Part shown: positions 26,903 to 35,984 of the stretch, in pieces
Layout of the letters: every line of letters begins with the position of its first letter
Numbering within the stretch: the first letter of the stretch is position 1
IMG/VR virus record: IMGVR_UViG_3300045988_174509
Reading direction: 5' to 3' (one strand)
DNA length: 64,000 nt
Origin: a virus
The notes under the pieces: generated by a model
What the model saw: only the letters and a program-made list of their open reading frames with translations
Database searches by the model: none
What the model was told of the DNA's origin: nothing
Made by a program: the position numbers and the translations under genes

Positions 26903-27417
26903 TGCACGAACGAGAAGTAATCCAGGAAATTGTTGAGGCACAGAACCGACCAGGGTTCAGGGACGTGGAAAGCATCCTGAGTCAGGAAGAAAAAAAAACC
27001 GAGGATGTAGTCAACCATCCTTCCCACTACACCAGCCATCCCTCTGGCATTGAATGCCTGGAGATTACCCGGCACCTTCCCTTCTCTCTGGGAAATGCCG
27101 TCAAGTATTTATGGCGCGCGGGATTAAAAGGGGGAGAGGAAAAAAGAATAGAGGACTGGAAGAAAGCCGGATTCTATTTGCAGGATCATCAGAATAATAT
27201 CGGCAAGGTCTTTGAAACATTCAACCTGCACCTGATCATAGCCCGCTTTCATTCCTGGGTGAAGACCGCAAGGGAGGGAGTAACCTGGGAGGATCGCGTT
27301 ATCGACTTGGTTCTCTCCCTCTATGATGGAAGTGATCTGGTAACCATTCGCAGAGACCTGATCCTCATCAAGGCAATTGGAATTGTCAACGAAAAAATTG
27401 TTGACGCTGAGAAATAA
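26902..27417 (+). CDS. DUF3310-like phage protein
   Basis: HPSHYTSHPSGIECLEI...LGNAVKYLWRAGLKG...EDWKKAGFYL matches the HPsHY...iE...gNaiKY..Rag.K...dl.KA.wYl signature recalled for DUF3310. Confidence 0.55.
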   Translation: MHEREVIQEIVEAQNRPGFRDVESILSQEEKKTEDVVNHPSHYTSHPSGIECLEITRHLPFSLGNAVKYLWRAGLKGGEEKRIEDWKKAGFYLQDHQNNIGKVFETFNLHLIIARFHSWVKTAREGVTWEDRVIDLVLSLYDGSDLVTIRRDLILIKAIGIVNEKIVDAEK

Positions 27418-27434
27418 ATAAGGTATATACAATG

Positions 27435-27514
27435 CAGGGAGACCTAAAGCCTCCCTGATGAAAGAAAAGGTATGAGGGCCGGGAAGAATTTCTTCCTGGC
27501 TCTCCCTTTTTACA
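27435..27514. terminator. Convergent-gene terminator region (two hairpins)
   Basis: First hairpin cagggag...ctccctg. Second hairpin ccgggaag/cttcctgg followed by ctctcccttttt. Confidence 0.45.
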
Positions 27515-27995
27515 GGAATGATCCCTCAGCAAAAAGCTGGTAGGCCCGGGCATACTTCCCGCCCCACCCAATTTCGATATGGGATTTCCCATATCGGTAG
27601 AGCTCTTCCTTCTCCATGCCAGTGAAAAGGATTTTATATTTCAGCAGGTCATCCCGAAGATAAAGCTTGACAGGCTTCCCATTGGCCGGGGAAATTCCCG
27701 GGAGGTGGAAGGAACCAATGGGGCTCCGGGCAATGAGCCTGCGCCAGAGCTGGCGGTCAATGCCGGATTGAAGAAAATCTTCCTCATGCTCCATGAAAAA
27801 AGTGTAAAGGGAAACATGGGTTCCCTCATAGTCCCCGCAATACCTGGGCTTATAGGAAAAAATTCTTGCATGAATTGATCCGCGTTTGCAGGGAATGCAC
27901 TGAGCGCGGGCTATGCGATAGACCTGGGAGCGGGAAAGCTTCAGCCGGGAGGCCGCTTCAGATACCAACACAAATTCTTCCTTCATTTCCAGCAC
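27510..27995 (-). CDS. HTH (excisionase/MerR-like N-terminus) protein
   Basis: FVLVSEAASRLKLSRSQVYRIARAQ reads as an HTH. Last gene of the leftward block. Confidence 0.45.
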   Translation of the reverse strand: MLEMKEEFVLVSEAASRLKLSRSQVYRIARAQCIPCKRGSIHARIFSYKPRYCGDYEGTHVSLYTFFMEHEEDFLQSGIDRQLWRRLIARSPIGSFHLPGISPANGKPVKLYLRDDLLKYKILFTGMEKEELYRYGKSHIEIGWGGKYARAYQLFAEGSFL

Positions 27996-28582
27996 GCGGA
28001 TTTAATATCAAAGTGGCACTTGACGGAGAGATCACATCCGCATAATGTGCAATACAAAACAGGGCGACCTTCAGCCAGACTTCCCCGTTCCTTCACCAGC
28101 TCATGCAAAAACTTGCGGGCCGAGCCCCCGGCTCCGCATGATTCGCATCCCTCCTTCTCCATGTCCGGCGGAGGTACAGGCGTGGACTTGGGGCACCGGG
28201 AGCAAATCTCATAGCGGCGGCGGGCTTCGGATATATCTACGAACCTGTGCCCTCTGCGGTACCAAAGGATCATGGTGAGAAAAAAGCCCAGCACTTTCCT
28301 GGCTGTCATCGGCTGGTGCTCCGGCCAGGAGATTCCTTCATCCCCGCAGGATTCACAGTATCCTTCCGGGAGCTGGAGACACAGGGCCTGATGGAAAGCA
28401 TCTTCGTCATAGGTCTCATCGTTGTTGCGGAGAATGGAAGCCATTTGATTCCGCAGTTCCACCAGCGTGGGTGCCGTAATCAAGGTTCCCTGGAGTCTGG
28501 GGCTCAGGGCTTCAGGGATTCGGAACTTCCACCCGCCCGGGGGCGTGACATGCAGATTGGGATGAGCTAAAATTTTAGGCAT
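27983..28582 (-). CDS. Cys-rich putative metal-binding protein (199 aa, five CxxC pairs)
   Basis: YCESCGDE, ICSRCPK, GCESCGAG, YCTLCGCD. Confidence 0.45.
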   Translation of the reverse strand: MPKILAHPNLHVTPPGGWKFRIPEALSPRLQGTLITAPTLVELRNQMASILRNNDETYDEDAFHQALCLQLPEGYCESCGDEGISWPEHQPMTARKVLGFFLTMILWYRRGHRFVDISEARRRYEICSRCPKSTPVPPPDMEKEGCESCGAGGSARKFLHELVKERGSLAEGRPVLYCTLCGCDLSVKCHFDIKSACWK

Positions 28583-28607
28583 GCCCTGATGATAGAGGCA
28601 TGCCTAA
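28575..28607 (-). terminator. Intergenic hairpin
   Basis: Stem ttaggcatgcc / ggcatgcctaa (11 bp) with a 12-nt loop; flanked by an A/T run on the - strand. Confidence 0.35.
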
Positions 28608-28637
28608 AGAAAAGCAAGACGGAAAATGGGAAGCCTT

Positions 28638-28916
28638 CTACTTCAGATAAAGATCAGCATCCTTTTCCGAGATGGGGTAAGCACAGGCATCATTCAGACC
28701 AGCACTTATATCATAGAGACAGGAAGTCAGCTCCTGGTTTTCAGCGGCAACAATGCCCAGCCTGTATTGTATAAATTCCTTTTTTTTCTGAAGAGTCTTG
28801 AACCAGTTGCGCCATGCCTCCAACTCCTTTGCTACTGCATAAGAATCAGAAAGCAAGGTATCCAAAGAAGGAGGGGTGTCCTCTAAATTTTTTATGTACT
28901 TTTCTAATGTTGACAT
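28638..28916 (-). CDS. Hypothetical protein (92 aa)
   Basis: ORF. Confidence 0.4.
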   Translation of the reverse strand: MSTLEKYIKNLEDTPPSLDTLLSDSYAVAKELEAWRNWFKTLQKKKEFIQYRLGIVAAENQELTSCLYDISAGLNDACAYPISEKDADLYLK

Positions 28917-29455
28917 GTTTTTGAACGGTAAACTTGAGCCCAGTAGAACCGGGCTATTTTGTTTTTAATATCCACCACAACAAATTCAGAAAGGGTGAAG
29001 GGAGAATTCCATCGGAAGAAAAACCGAAGACATCTTATCGTGTATTGGGCCACCTTCAAGGCAACCTGATAGGCTTCCTCCGGGGAACGGAAGTCTTGAA
29101 TGTATATGGTTCTGTAAAACGTCTGGGACTTTAAGGGAGTCCTAACAAGCACATTGAAATTATTATCACTGAATGCTACCAGACTTGACGGGTCTTTAAA
29201 CTTTTCCCGGTAGGATTCTTCCCGAACCCTCTTGGCATCATCCCCGAATACATATCTTGTCCTGCTTACAATAAGAGAAGCCTCCTCATAATTAAACTGG
29301 CTCTCCAGTTCAGGGTTATGCTTCTTTGGATTCTGAAGCCGGGGGATAACTTCCCCCGGCTCTCCTCCATCCAGAGTGCTGACATCATACCGGATGCCCC
29401 TCCGTGGCATGCGGAGGCTCCGGTATGAGGGACTAAATCTTTTCTTCTTGATCAT
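28904..29455 (-). CDS. Hypothetical protein (183 aa)
   Basis: ORF. Confidence 0.4.
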   Translation of the reverse strand: MIKKKRFSPSYRSLRMPRRGIRYDVSTLDGGEPGEVIPRLQNPKKHNPELESQFNYEEASLIVSRTRYVFGDDAKRVREESYREKFKDPSSLVAFSDNNFNVLVRTPLKSQTFYRTIYIQDFRSPEEAYQVALKVAQYTIRCLRFFFRWNSPFTLSEFVVVDIKNKIARFYWAQVYRSKTCQH

Positions 29456-30014
29456 CTATTTTAACAGCCTCAAAAAATTCATAGTCAAGCAGTTCAGATA
29501 GAGGAAGGCTCCCACATTCTAAAGGTTCGTCAAATCCATTGATATTCTTCCAGTAATAGTGGCCTGAAACTTTTAGAAGTTTAAGAAGCGAAGTAGTTCC
29601 AGTCTGGGGGTTTTTTAGTTTGACAAACTTGCCAGACATCATCAAGTCAATAGCTTTTCCTATTGTGATGGACCTCTCATATTGAATCTCTGCTTTTAAA
29701 TGGAATCCATTTTTAATAGTTTCAGGAGCCCAGTTAAGAAAGGTTTGTAATTCTGAAAAATATACTGGGTTTTCCTCTGAATCTTTCATGACGCTGACTA
29801 TGACCTGTACAAACTGGTTCTTACAGTTGCGTTTTATTTTTCTTAGCTTCCCATTAAAGAACTGATACAGAAATTGATCCCCAGGCTTATGAGTAAACAG
29901 GATTTCCAGACCCTCCTTAAATGAAACAGGGTTGGACAAGTAAACTCCAAAATTTTTACATTGAAAATATTCTTTAAGAGAATTCATAAAAATTATAGTT
30001 GTTAAATTTCTCAC
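29433..30014 (-). CDS. Hypothetical protein (193 aa)
   Basis: ORF. Confidence 0.4.
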   Translation of the reverse strand: MRNLTTIIFMNSLKEYFQCKNFGVYLSNPVSFKEGLEILFTHKPGDQFLYQFFNGKLRKIKRNCKNQFVQVIVSVMKDSEENPVYFSELQTFLNWAPETIKNGFHLKAEIQYERSITIGKAIDLMMSGKFVKLKNPQTGTTSLLKLLKVSGHYYWKNINGFDEPLECGSLPLSELLDYEFFEAVKIDDQEEKI

Positions 30015-30426
30015 GAGTTGCCATTATATCATAGGAGTCAGTTTCTATAATGAGTCCTTTCAAGGCATCACAAATTCTAATATCTTTGAACCTATGAGAA
30101 TAGATTGCCAGCCTCTTCCCTGTCACTAGCTTTTCAACAGCCGCGTCAAAGGCAAGAGCCTTGGCCAATGGAAGGACAGTATCCAAAACAAATCCTTCTT
30201 CCTTTAGTTGAGGATCAAACTTGGCCGGGGCTACCTGAGAATAGAGAACCGAACCATTAGGGAGTCTTGCACACTTTCTTTCCATGAGGGCCCCTTCATC
30301 GTAATCAAAAATGTAGCGGACCGCATAGGAATCTTTTTCCGCGACATGTCGATAAAGGCAATGCACGCCGTTCGGGTTAGTCAGGGCGCAAAGACCCTCT
30401 TTAAATGTATAATGTTTAGTGTCCAT
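29974..30426 (-). CDS. Hypothetical protein (150 aa)
   Basis: ORF. Confidence 0.4.
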   Translation of the reverse strand: MDTKHYTFKEGLCALTNPNGVHCLYRHVAEKDSYAVRYIFDYDEGALMERKCARLPNGSVLYSQVAPAKFDPQLKEEGFVLDTVLPLAKALAFDAAVEKLVTGKRLAIYSHRFKDIRICDALKGLIIETDSYDIMATREKFNNYNFYEFS

Positions 30427-30766
30427 CAGGGTTACGGGTTAGGTTGTCAAAGTATTTTATTCCATCATCAGAAATTATGTAGGCTTTAGGAAAGGTATCA
30501 GGAACTAAAAGGACAAGACCAATGCGCCTCAATGAGCTCAGATACTTTCCAATGCTTGCCCGGTCAACCAGATTGGCCGCGGCAATTTCTTTTACAGTCA
30601 CAGCGGCAGGCTGGAGAAGGATAAAGCAAAGCAGTTTCACTTCCTTGTGCCGGAGTATGCAGTTACGGTCGTAATGGGCAAAGTAATTAAACAGCAGGCG
30701 AGCCTTCGGTTTCACCCGCTCCATTAGGTCCTTCTTTTTTCTCTTCCAGTTTAGCATATGTTTCAA
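30416..30766 (-). CDS. Winged-helix DNA-binding protein
   Basis: AVTVKEIAAANLVDRASIGKYLSSLRRIGLV reads as HTH plus wing. The true start may be the internal Met at 30724. Confidence 0.4.
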   Translation of the reverse strand: MKHMLNWKRKKKDLMERVKPKARLLFNYFAHYDRNCILRHKEVKLLCFILLQPAAVTVKEIAAANLVDRASIGKYLSSLRRIGLVLLVPDTFPKAYIISDDGIKYFDNLTRNPDGH

Positions 30767-31244
30767 TAATTTTTTGTTTAGATATGACCCCCTTCATCAG
30801 CAGGAGAGGAATGGCGTAATTTGTGCATTCAGTAATGTGCTTCTTCTTCTCTTCCGGATTCCCGGTCAGCTTGTATAGCTGACATCCGAGGAGCAGAACG
30901 ATTGCGTTGACGAGGATATTAGGGGGACAGATTAAATCAGTTTTCCCCCAGTCCTCTTCCAGCACCTTGACAGATTGCTCTACCAAATCACACCCGGCAT
31001 TCAGGCAGGCATTCAGGAGTCCGTTCACTTCCTCCTCATGGAAGACTTCCCCCTCCCCAAAACTGTAGAGAGCCATGGCATTTTTCTTAATGCCCTCTAT
31101 GTCCTCGGGCCCCTGGATAGGAGGAAGGGAGTTGACCAGGGTGCTGAGGAGCAGAGCCTGATCATTCACTTTCTTTTTTCTGTCCGCTTCCATTTTTTCA
31201 CAGGTGTGATCCAACTTCTTCTGGAGTTTTGTTTTCTTTTTCAT
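30687..31244 (-). CDS. Hypothetical protein (185 aa)
   Basis: ORF. Confidence 0.4.
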   Translation of the reverse strand: MKKKTKLQKKLDHTCEKMEADRKKKVNDQALLLSTLVNSLPPIQGPEDIEGIKKNAMALYSFGEGEVFHEEEVNGLLNACLNAGCDLVEQSVKVLEEDWGKTDLICPPNILVNAIVLLLGCQLYKLTGNPEEKKKHITECTNYAIPLLLMKGVISKQKIIETYAKLEEKKEGPNGAGETEGSPAV

Positions 31245-31885
31245 TTAATAGGTCTTTGAAAATGAGCGCATAGACGTTCCGCCAGGAACATGGGGATTCT
31301 AAAAAGAACCTCCACCAAACCTTTGGTAAATTCCTTAACCCTTTCTTCCTTTCCTTCCTGGTCATTGCCCTCCGTATCAAACAAATTTTCGACATGGCAG
31401 GTATTAACAAAACCAACATGGATCAAATAAATTGAAAGAAGAAGAGTCATCTTTATCACTTTGGGAGGTATTGAACCCTCCCCTCTACTCATGGTCTGAT
31501 GAAGTTCAATAAGAGACATAAGCTGGGAAATTTTAGGAAGCCTGAGAATAAACTCAAGCAAATCTATGCTCGCCATGAAAACTTTTTCCCTCATGTAATC
31601 AGGTCCGAGAACCTTGACTTCAAGATCGTATTCCTCAAGGATCGAATTCAAAGTAGAACACCAGACTTCCTCTATCTTGATCTGGTTTTCTTTGACCCTT
31701 AGATCAAAGTCCTTCTCAGTGCAATTCTCTTTTGACTCCCTTAAAGATTTTATATCTTTGAAAAACTTTCCGAATCCGGAATTAAAATCTTCCATGCTGA
31801 AAGCCAGACCTTTACGGAAGACCAGATTAAGCAGATCATCATTGATCTCGCCCCATGTAATAGCAGTTTTTTCTGTTGTATTCAT
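31241..31885 (-). CDS. Hypothetical protein (214 aa)
   Basis: ORF. A 31-aa mini-ORF (31886-31981, -) sits between it and the upstream conserved element. Confidence 0.4.
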   Translation of the reverse strand: MNTTEKTAITWGEINDDLLNLVFRKGLAFSMEDFNSGFGKFFKDIKSLRESKENCTEKDFDLRVKENQIKIEEVWCSTLNSILEEYDLEVKVLGPDYMREKVFMASIDLLEFILRLPKISQLMSLIELHQTMSRGEGSIPPKVIKMTLLLSIYLIHVGFVNTCHVENLFDTEGNDQEGKEERVKEFTKGLVEVLFRIPMFLAERLCAHFQRPIK

Positions 31886-31997
31886 ATTGTACTAATGGTT
31901 AATAACGTCAAGGAATCCGGGAATCTGGAATTCACGGAACCAGGAGGTCAAAAACTCCTTGGCTTGCATTAAGGTAAGTAACTTCATGATGATTTAT

Positions 31998-32010
31998 GTT
32001 GAGGTTCTAA
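31998..32010 (-). promoter_or_regulatory. Conserved element, variant TTAGAACCTCAAC (- strand)
   Basis: Lies 10 nt upstream of a 31-aa mini-ORF ATG. Confidence 0.4.
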
Positions 32011-32024
32011 CAAGTTCTAGTGGT

Positions 32025-32597
32025 TTATCGCAAGAAGTAGATAGTACATGGGGAACCCGGAATCAGGGAATCAGGGCGCGTCCAGACCTTCAAAGGCTTT
32101 AATACCGAATAGGCGGACCGGACATCGTAAAGCATTTGAGAAAGATACAGGAGCACCTTTTCAAAACTGCTCACTTGAGCGGCCCCGATTACAACATTGC
32201 GGTTCTGGCTTGAGACTTCAATGAAATAACATCCCCGCTCTTCCATCTTGTACACGTCCGCTTTGATCACTTCCTTGAGAGGGAGAGCCAGCTCATTCTT
32301 CTGGGGCTTCCCCGCCCATCTAAGGCCAAGGATATGGGAGGCATGCGGACCAAGAACCTTATCAACCTCCTTCTTTATAAGCTTTGACACTGCATCCATC
32401 ACGATCGTAAGGTCTTCATCCGTGTCAGATGGGGCCGGAGTAATGAATTGATCTATGGCAAGATAATTGGTAGGGGCCTGAAAGGTGCCGGAGAAATGAA
32501 TCCTCGCTTCATATCCCGGCAGGTCTTTGGTGATCTTCTTCCATGCCCCCAAAGCTGCCCGAAGGAATTTCCAATCGGCATCATTAAATTTAATCAT
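32025..32597 (-). CDS. Hypothetical protein (190 aa)
   Basis: ORF preceded (- strand) by the TTAGAATCTCAAC element. Confidence 0.45.
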   Translation of the reverse strand: MIKFNDADWKFLRAALGAWKKITKDLPGYEARIHFSGTFQAPTNYLAIDQFITPAPSDTDEDLTIVMDAVSKLIKKEVDKVLGPHASHILGLRWAGKPQKNELALPLKEVIKADVYKMEERGCYFIEVSSQNRNVVIGAAQVSSFEKVLLYLSQMLYDVRSAYSVLKPLKVWTRPDSLIPGSPCTIYFLR

Positions 32598-32988
32598 GAT
32601 TTTTAATGGCTGTTTTACGTTGAGATTCTAAAGACAGCATTTCTTTTACAAGTTGCCAGCAAGAAAACAGGTATTGAACTACCCTGTCCATCATCTTGAC
32701 TGCTGATAAAAGAAGATGGCTTACAGATACATAAACGAAGAACACGGCAAGCACATTTAAAAGCAGGGCCATTAGCTTGTCTTCGTTGATCAGGTGATGA
32801 ATGCTAAACCCAAAAACACTTCCTTCAATGGCGGCTAGAATCCAGCACCATGATATCCATAATTCAAGAGTCTTGTGAAGGAAATCTCTGAGTTTCCCTG
32901 CCTTCAGGTACAGGCCAAGACAAGCGTTCGCCCGTTCGGGCAATGGAAATCTCAGAAGATACTTGCTCAGAAGTTTATGCGGTTTCAT
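32590..32988 (-). CDS. Membrane protein (132 aa, 3 predicted TM helices)
   Basis: Hydrophobic helices. ATG directly abuts the TTAGAATCTCAAC element. Confidence 0.45.
   Translation of the reverse strand: MKPHKLLSKYLLRFPLPERANACLGLYLKAGKLRDFLHKTLELWISWCWILAAIEGSVFGFSIHHLINEDKLMALLLNVLAVFFVYVSVSHLLLSAVKMMDRVVQYLFSCWQLVKEMLSLESQRKTAIKNHD
32619..32631 (-). promoter_or_regulatory. Conserved element TTAGAATCTCAAC (- strand)
   Basis: Lies 22 nt upstream of the ATG of gene 32025-32597. Confidence 0.45.
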
Positions 32989-33250
32989 GTTGAGATTCTA
33001 AAGGGGTTAAGCACACGTGGATATGCCGGGCGGTTCCCGGGGCTTTGAGCTCCAGCTCAAAGCCCCCTGCCAGTAGCTTGCGGTTTGCTTTCCGCAAGTC
33101 GGCAAGAAGGAACCTGCTGTTTTCTACCAGGATTTTTCTTCTCCCATCAGAAAAAATTTCAATGGCCCCCATGGTGTGATGCGCCTGAAAGAATTCGTTT
33201 AGGATTTCTTTCACTTCCTGTTCTGTCAGTTTATTTGAATGGTAAAGCAT
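32975..33250 (-). CDS. Hypothetical protein (91 aa)
   Basis: ORF. Confidence 0.4.
   Translation of the reverse strand: MLYHSNKLTEQEVKEILNEFFQAHHTMGAIEIFSDGRRKILVENSRFLLADLRKANRKLLAGGFELELKAPGTARHIHVCLTPLESQHETA
32989..33001 (-). promoter_or_regulatory. Conserved element TTAGAATCTCAAC (- strand)
   Basis: Directly abuts the ATG of gene 32590-32988. Confidence 0.45.
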
Positions 33251-33584
33251 GACTCTTTGATCATCTGTAGGGTTGGAATAATTTACAGGGGCTCATAGTG
33301 GTCCCTAAAATAGAACCGCCTGCCCTGAAAGAATCATTCAAAAGATTATCCATGATCTGCTGGCTCTTGATAAAATTGATATGACTCCTTATCAACTTTT
33401 GGGACTCCATTGAAAGGATTCTTGAGCGTAGAATGTGGAAGTTCCCGGCTTAAATGGGTTTTTGGTATTCATGATTATGATTTCTTTCTATTTAGTATTG
33501 GTTAGCGCGGCGATCTTGCCGCATGTCTTCACTGTAGTAAACTGATCTGTTTTTACAAGATATTTTTCAAAAAAATTTTCTTAC

Positions 33585-33599
33585 GTTGAGCTTCTATAA
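33585..33599 (-). promoter_or_regulatory. Conserved element, variant TTATAGAAGCTCAAC (- strand)
   Basis: Lies downstream of gene 33611-34597. Confidence 0.35.
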
Positions 33600-33610
33600 G
33601 TTATGCAATT

Positions 33611-34597
33611 CTATTTCATGTAGAATTTGAATTTTGTCTCACCCTTTTCAGAATCTTCCGTCACTCGGATGCGCTTCAGAAGGAACGGGAAAACTTCGTT
33701 GCACTTGGCTTCCACCTTGTCGAGAATTTCCGTTGGAACTTCAGGCATTTCAGGACTGGGAGATTTCCAGACAAGATAGCCGTAATATTGTGTGAAGGGA
33801 ACAAAGGAAGCACTTGCTCCAACTTCCTTTCCGAGCTCCTCGAATATTGCATTCACGTCCTGACTAAGCACAGAATAAAATTCCTGCATTTTTTCAAGGG
33901 CGTCATCCAAGCAAAGATTCTCTACTTTATGGAACACGTACTGGGAAAGGTTCCCCTTCTCATTTACCACAAGATTTTTATTCAGGGATCGCCACACACA
34001 CACCTTATATTTTCCCGGTGCACTGTCTTCCATGTGCTGAACCGTAAGGAAGAAGGGAGCGGAAGGAATCCTGATTGCCAAGTCACTTTCCAGAATCCGG
34101 GAAGCATGAAGCCTTTCAATGGGAATCCGGGGAACAGAAGTCAGGGGACCAAGGGAGAGAACAATAGAAAGGTTCCGTTTATAATTGTTAAACTTCTCTC
34201 TTGGAGAATTTTCTTGGTAGAACTCTTCTATTTTTTCAATCTCTCCTTCCCGGGAGAAGAACGCAAGCACTCTTTCATGGTCATTTGTTATTTGAGCATG
34301 CGCCTTGCGTGTCTCGAGAGTTGGATTGAAACAATGCGATTCAACCCATACCGAATATTCTCTTGGCTTTTTTAGCCGGAGAATGAGACGGATAGCTCTT
34401 TCATTAGGTTCAAACAAGCCATAGTAGCGAAGTGACAAGGTTTTCATTTCTCCTTCCCGCGGATTTTTCCGCTTAAAGGTGACGCGGAACAACTTTCTAG
34501 GATTGGCTTCAGGGATTCCATAAGGCTTTACGCCGTTCTTCTCCCATTTAACGCTGAAAGAAATATCCATGCCTTCGAGTAATGATTCAGTTTCCAT
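33611..34597 (-). CDS. Hypothetical protein (328 aa)
   Basis: ORF. Confidence 0.45.
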   Translation of the reverse strand: METESLLEGMDISFSVKWEKNGVKPYGIPEANPRKLFRVTFKRKNPREGEMKTLSLRYYGLFEPNERAIRLILRLKKPREYSVWVESHCFNPTLETRKAHAQITNDHERVLAFFSREGEIEKIEEFYQENSPREKFNNYKRNLSIVLSLGPLTSVPRIPIERLHASRILESDLAIRIPSAPFFLTVQHMEDSAPGKYKVCVWRSLNKNLVVNEKGNLSQYVFHKVENLCLDDALEKMQEFYSVLSQDVNAIFEELGKEVGASASFVPFTQYYGYLVWKSPSPEMPEVPTEILDKVEAKCNEVFPFLLKRIRVTEDSEKGETKFKFYMK

Positions 34598-34637
34598 ATT
34601 ATTTTTAGGTTCTATATATTAGAGGTTCTTTTATTTA

Positions 34638-35087
34638 TTAGCGTTCTTCTCTTTCAGTTTTGATCTTTATGCTACCTTCGGAAGGAATTTTAGCGATTCT
34701 AAACGCAAAATAATAGCCTTTATCCGCATCATGGTAAGAAAAGTAATCCTCCAAGCTACTGGTGAAGACCTTTTCCATATTCTCCGTATGTAGCAGGGGG
34801 AGAATGCCCTCTCCTATATAAAACTGAAGAGATTGAACGCCTGCCATTAAATCCGTTTCAGCTATCACCTGATCTTCAATCACTTTCCCGGTTCGTTCTT
34901 CAACAATTTTCCTTAAATTGCATTCAAGAAGATAGCCAAACCATTCCAAAGGATCAGTAAAATATTCATCCGTAGCCGTTTCATTGGCAAGCTTCAAGCA
35001 ATAATCTCTTACATGCTCCGATTTGCTTTGCCTTGCCATGTCAATCAGCTTCCTAATGGCGGCAAGCCTGTATTCATTTATGTTCAT
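34638..35087 (-). CDS. Hypothetical protein (149 aa)
   Basis: ORF. The 5' region carries the conserved element plus a perfect 24-bp palindrome. Confidence 0.45.
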   Translation of the reverse strand: MNINEYRLAAIRKLIDMARQSKSEHVRDYCLKLANETATDEYFTDPLEWFGYLLECNLRKIVEERTGKVIEDQVIAETDLMAGVQSLQFYIGEGILPLLHTENMEKVFTSSLEDYFSYHDADKGYYFAFRIAKIPSEGSIKIKTEREER

Positions 35088-35123
35088 TATATTTAGTCCC
35101 TTTCTACTTGTTTTTTGATTCCG

Positions 35124-35147
35124 GCGGGCAGGAAATTTCCTGCCCGC
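35124..35147. promoter_or_regulatory. Perfect 24-bp palindrome GCGGGCAGGAAATTTCCTGCCCGC
   Basis: Self-complementary sequence in the 5' region of gene 34638-35087. Confidence 0.6.
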
Positions 35148-35162
35148 ATAGAGATTCTAAAA
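35148..35162 (-). promoter_or_regulatory. Conserved element, variant TTTTAGAATCTCTAT (- strand)
   Basis: Lies upstream of the palindrome and gene 34638-35087. Confidence 0.4.
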
Positions 35163-35201
35163 GGAAATGCGTGAGAAAATGCACTGAACTTAAAAACTCC
35201 T

Positions 35202-35426
35202 TCACAAAAGGCGGGCGTTATGCTCTACATACCATTCGGCAGGATAAAGGTCCACACCTCCCCTGACTCCCGGATTCTGTGACTCCCGGAATCCCTGAAG
35301 CAGGGATACAAACATTTCTGGATCACTCATTTCGTGAGTCAATACGGCGGGCGCGGCTTTTTCTTCTATACTAGTGTTCATTTTATGTCTTCTTTCTACT
35401 TGTTTTTTGTTTTTTGATCCGCCCAT
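35202..35426 (-). CDS. Hypothetical small protein (74 aa)
   Basis: ORF. Confidence 0.3.
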   Translation of the reverse strand: MGGSKNKKQVERRHKMNTSIEEKAAPAVLTHEMSDPEMFVSLLQGFRESQNPGVRGGVDLYPAEWYVEHNARLL

Positions 35427-35505
35427 GGGGGCGGGGGCATGAATTTAGATTAGCTTAGTGATTGTATTGTACAATAAAAATAGTAAAGATTTTTGTCATA
35501 CACGT

Positions 35506-35967
35506 TTACAAGTCATCGAACATGGCGGAAAGGCAGGCGTAATTCCTTGAGGGATAAAGGCATTCAAACCCTTGCAAGGGGTAGGTGATTTTGATTCCTT
35601 TGCAATATATGTTTGCACTGCACGACGGAATGTTCAGCATGCGCAACTCCGAAAGAACGGAATTTTTAGCTTGCCTTGCGGCCATTTGCAAGGATGAATC
35701 TGAAAAACTGAAAGGGAACTCCCTGATAAATGACGTTTTGTATCCGGAGTTCTCCAATTCAATGATGATCACCAGCCGGAATTGCGCGCCTTTGGCGTCA
35801 TGATACTCTAGCGGAAGAAACTCCCGGCAATTTTGTGTCATGTTCCACACGTCCAATGCTCCTCTATTCATAAGACTTTGAATCACGGAGGAAGGGGAAC
35901 AGGAAGCAGGGAAAGACTTGGAACGGTGCTTTTCCTTTGTAATGTATGCGTATTCAATAAGTTCCAT
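35506..35967 (-). CDS. Hypothetical protein (153 aa from the ATG at 35967)
   Basis: The track start at 35988 is a TTG lying inside the conserved element. The ATG at 35967 directly follows the element. Confidence 0.45.
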   Translation of the reverse strand: MELIEYAYITKEKHRSKSFPASCSPSSVIQSLMNRGALDVWNMTQNCREFLPLEYHDAKGAQFRLVIIIELENSGYKTSFIREFPFSFSDSSLQMAARQAKNSVLSELRMLNIPSCSANIYCKGIKITYPLQGFECLYPSRNYACLSAMFDDL

Positions 35968-35969
35968 AT

Positions 35970-35984
35970 ATTGAGATTCTATAA
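35970..35984 (-). promoter_or_regulatory. Conserved element, variant TTATAGAATCTCAAT (- strand)
   Basis: Directly abuts the ATG at 35967. Confidence 0.45.
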
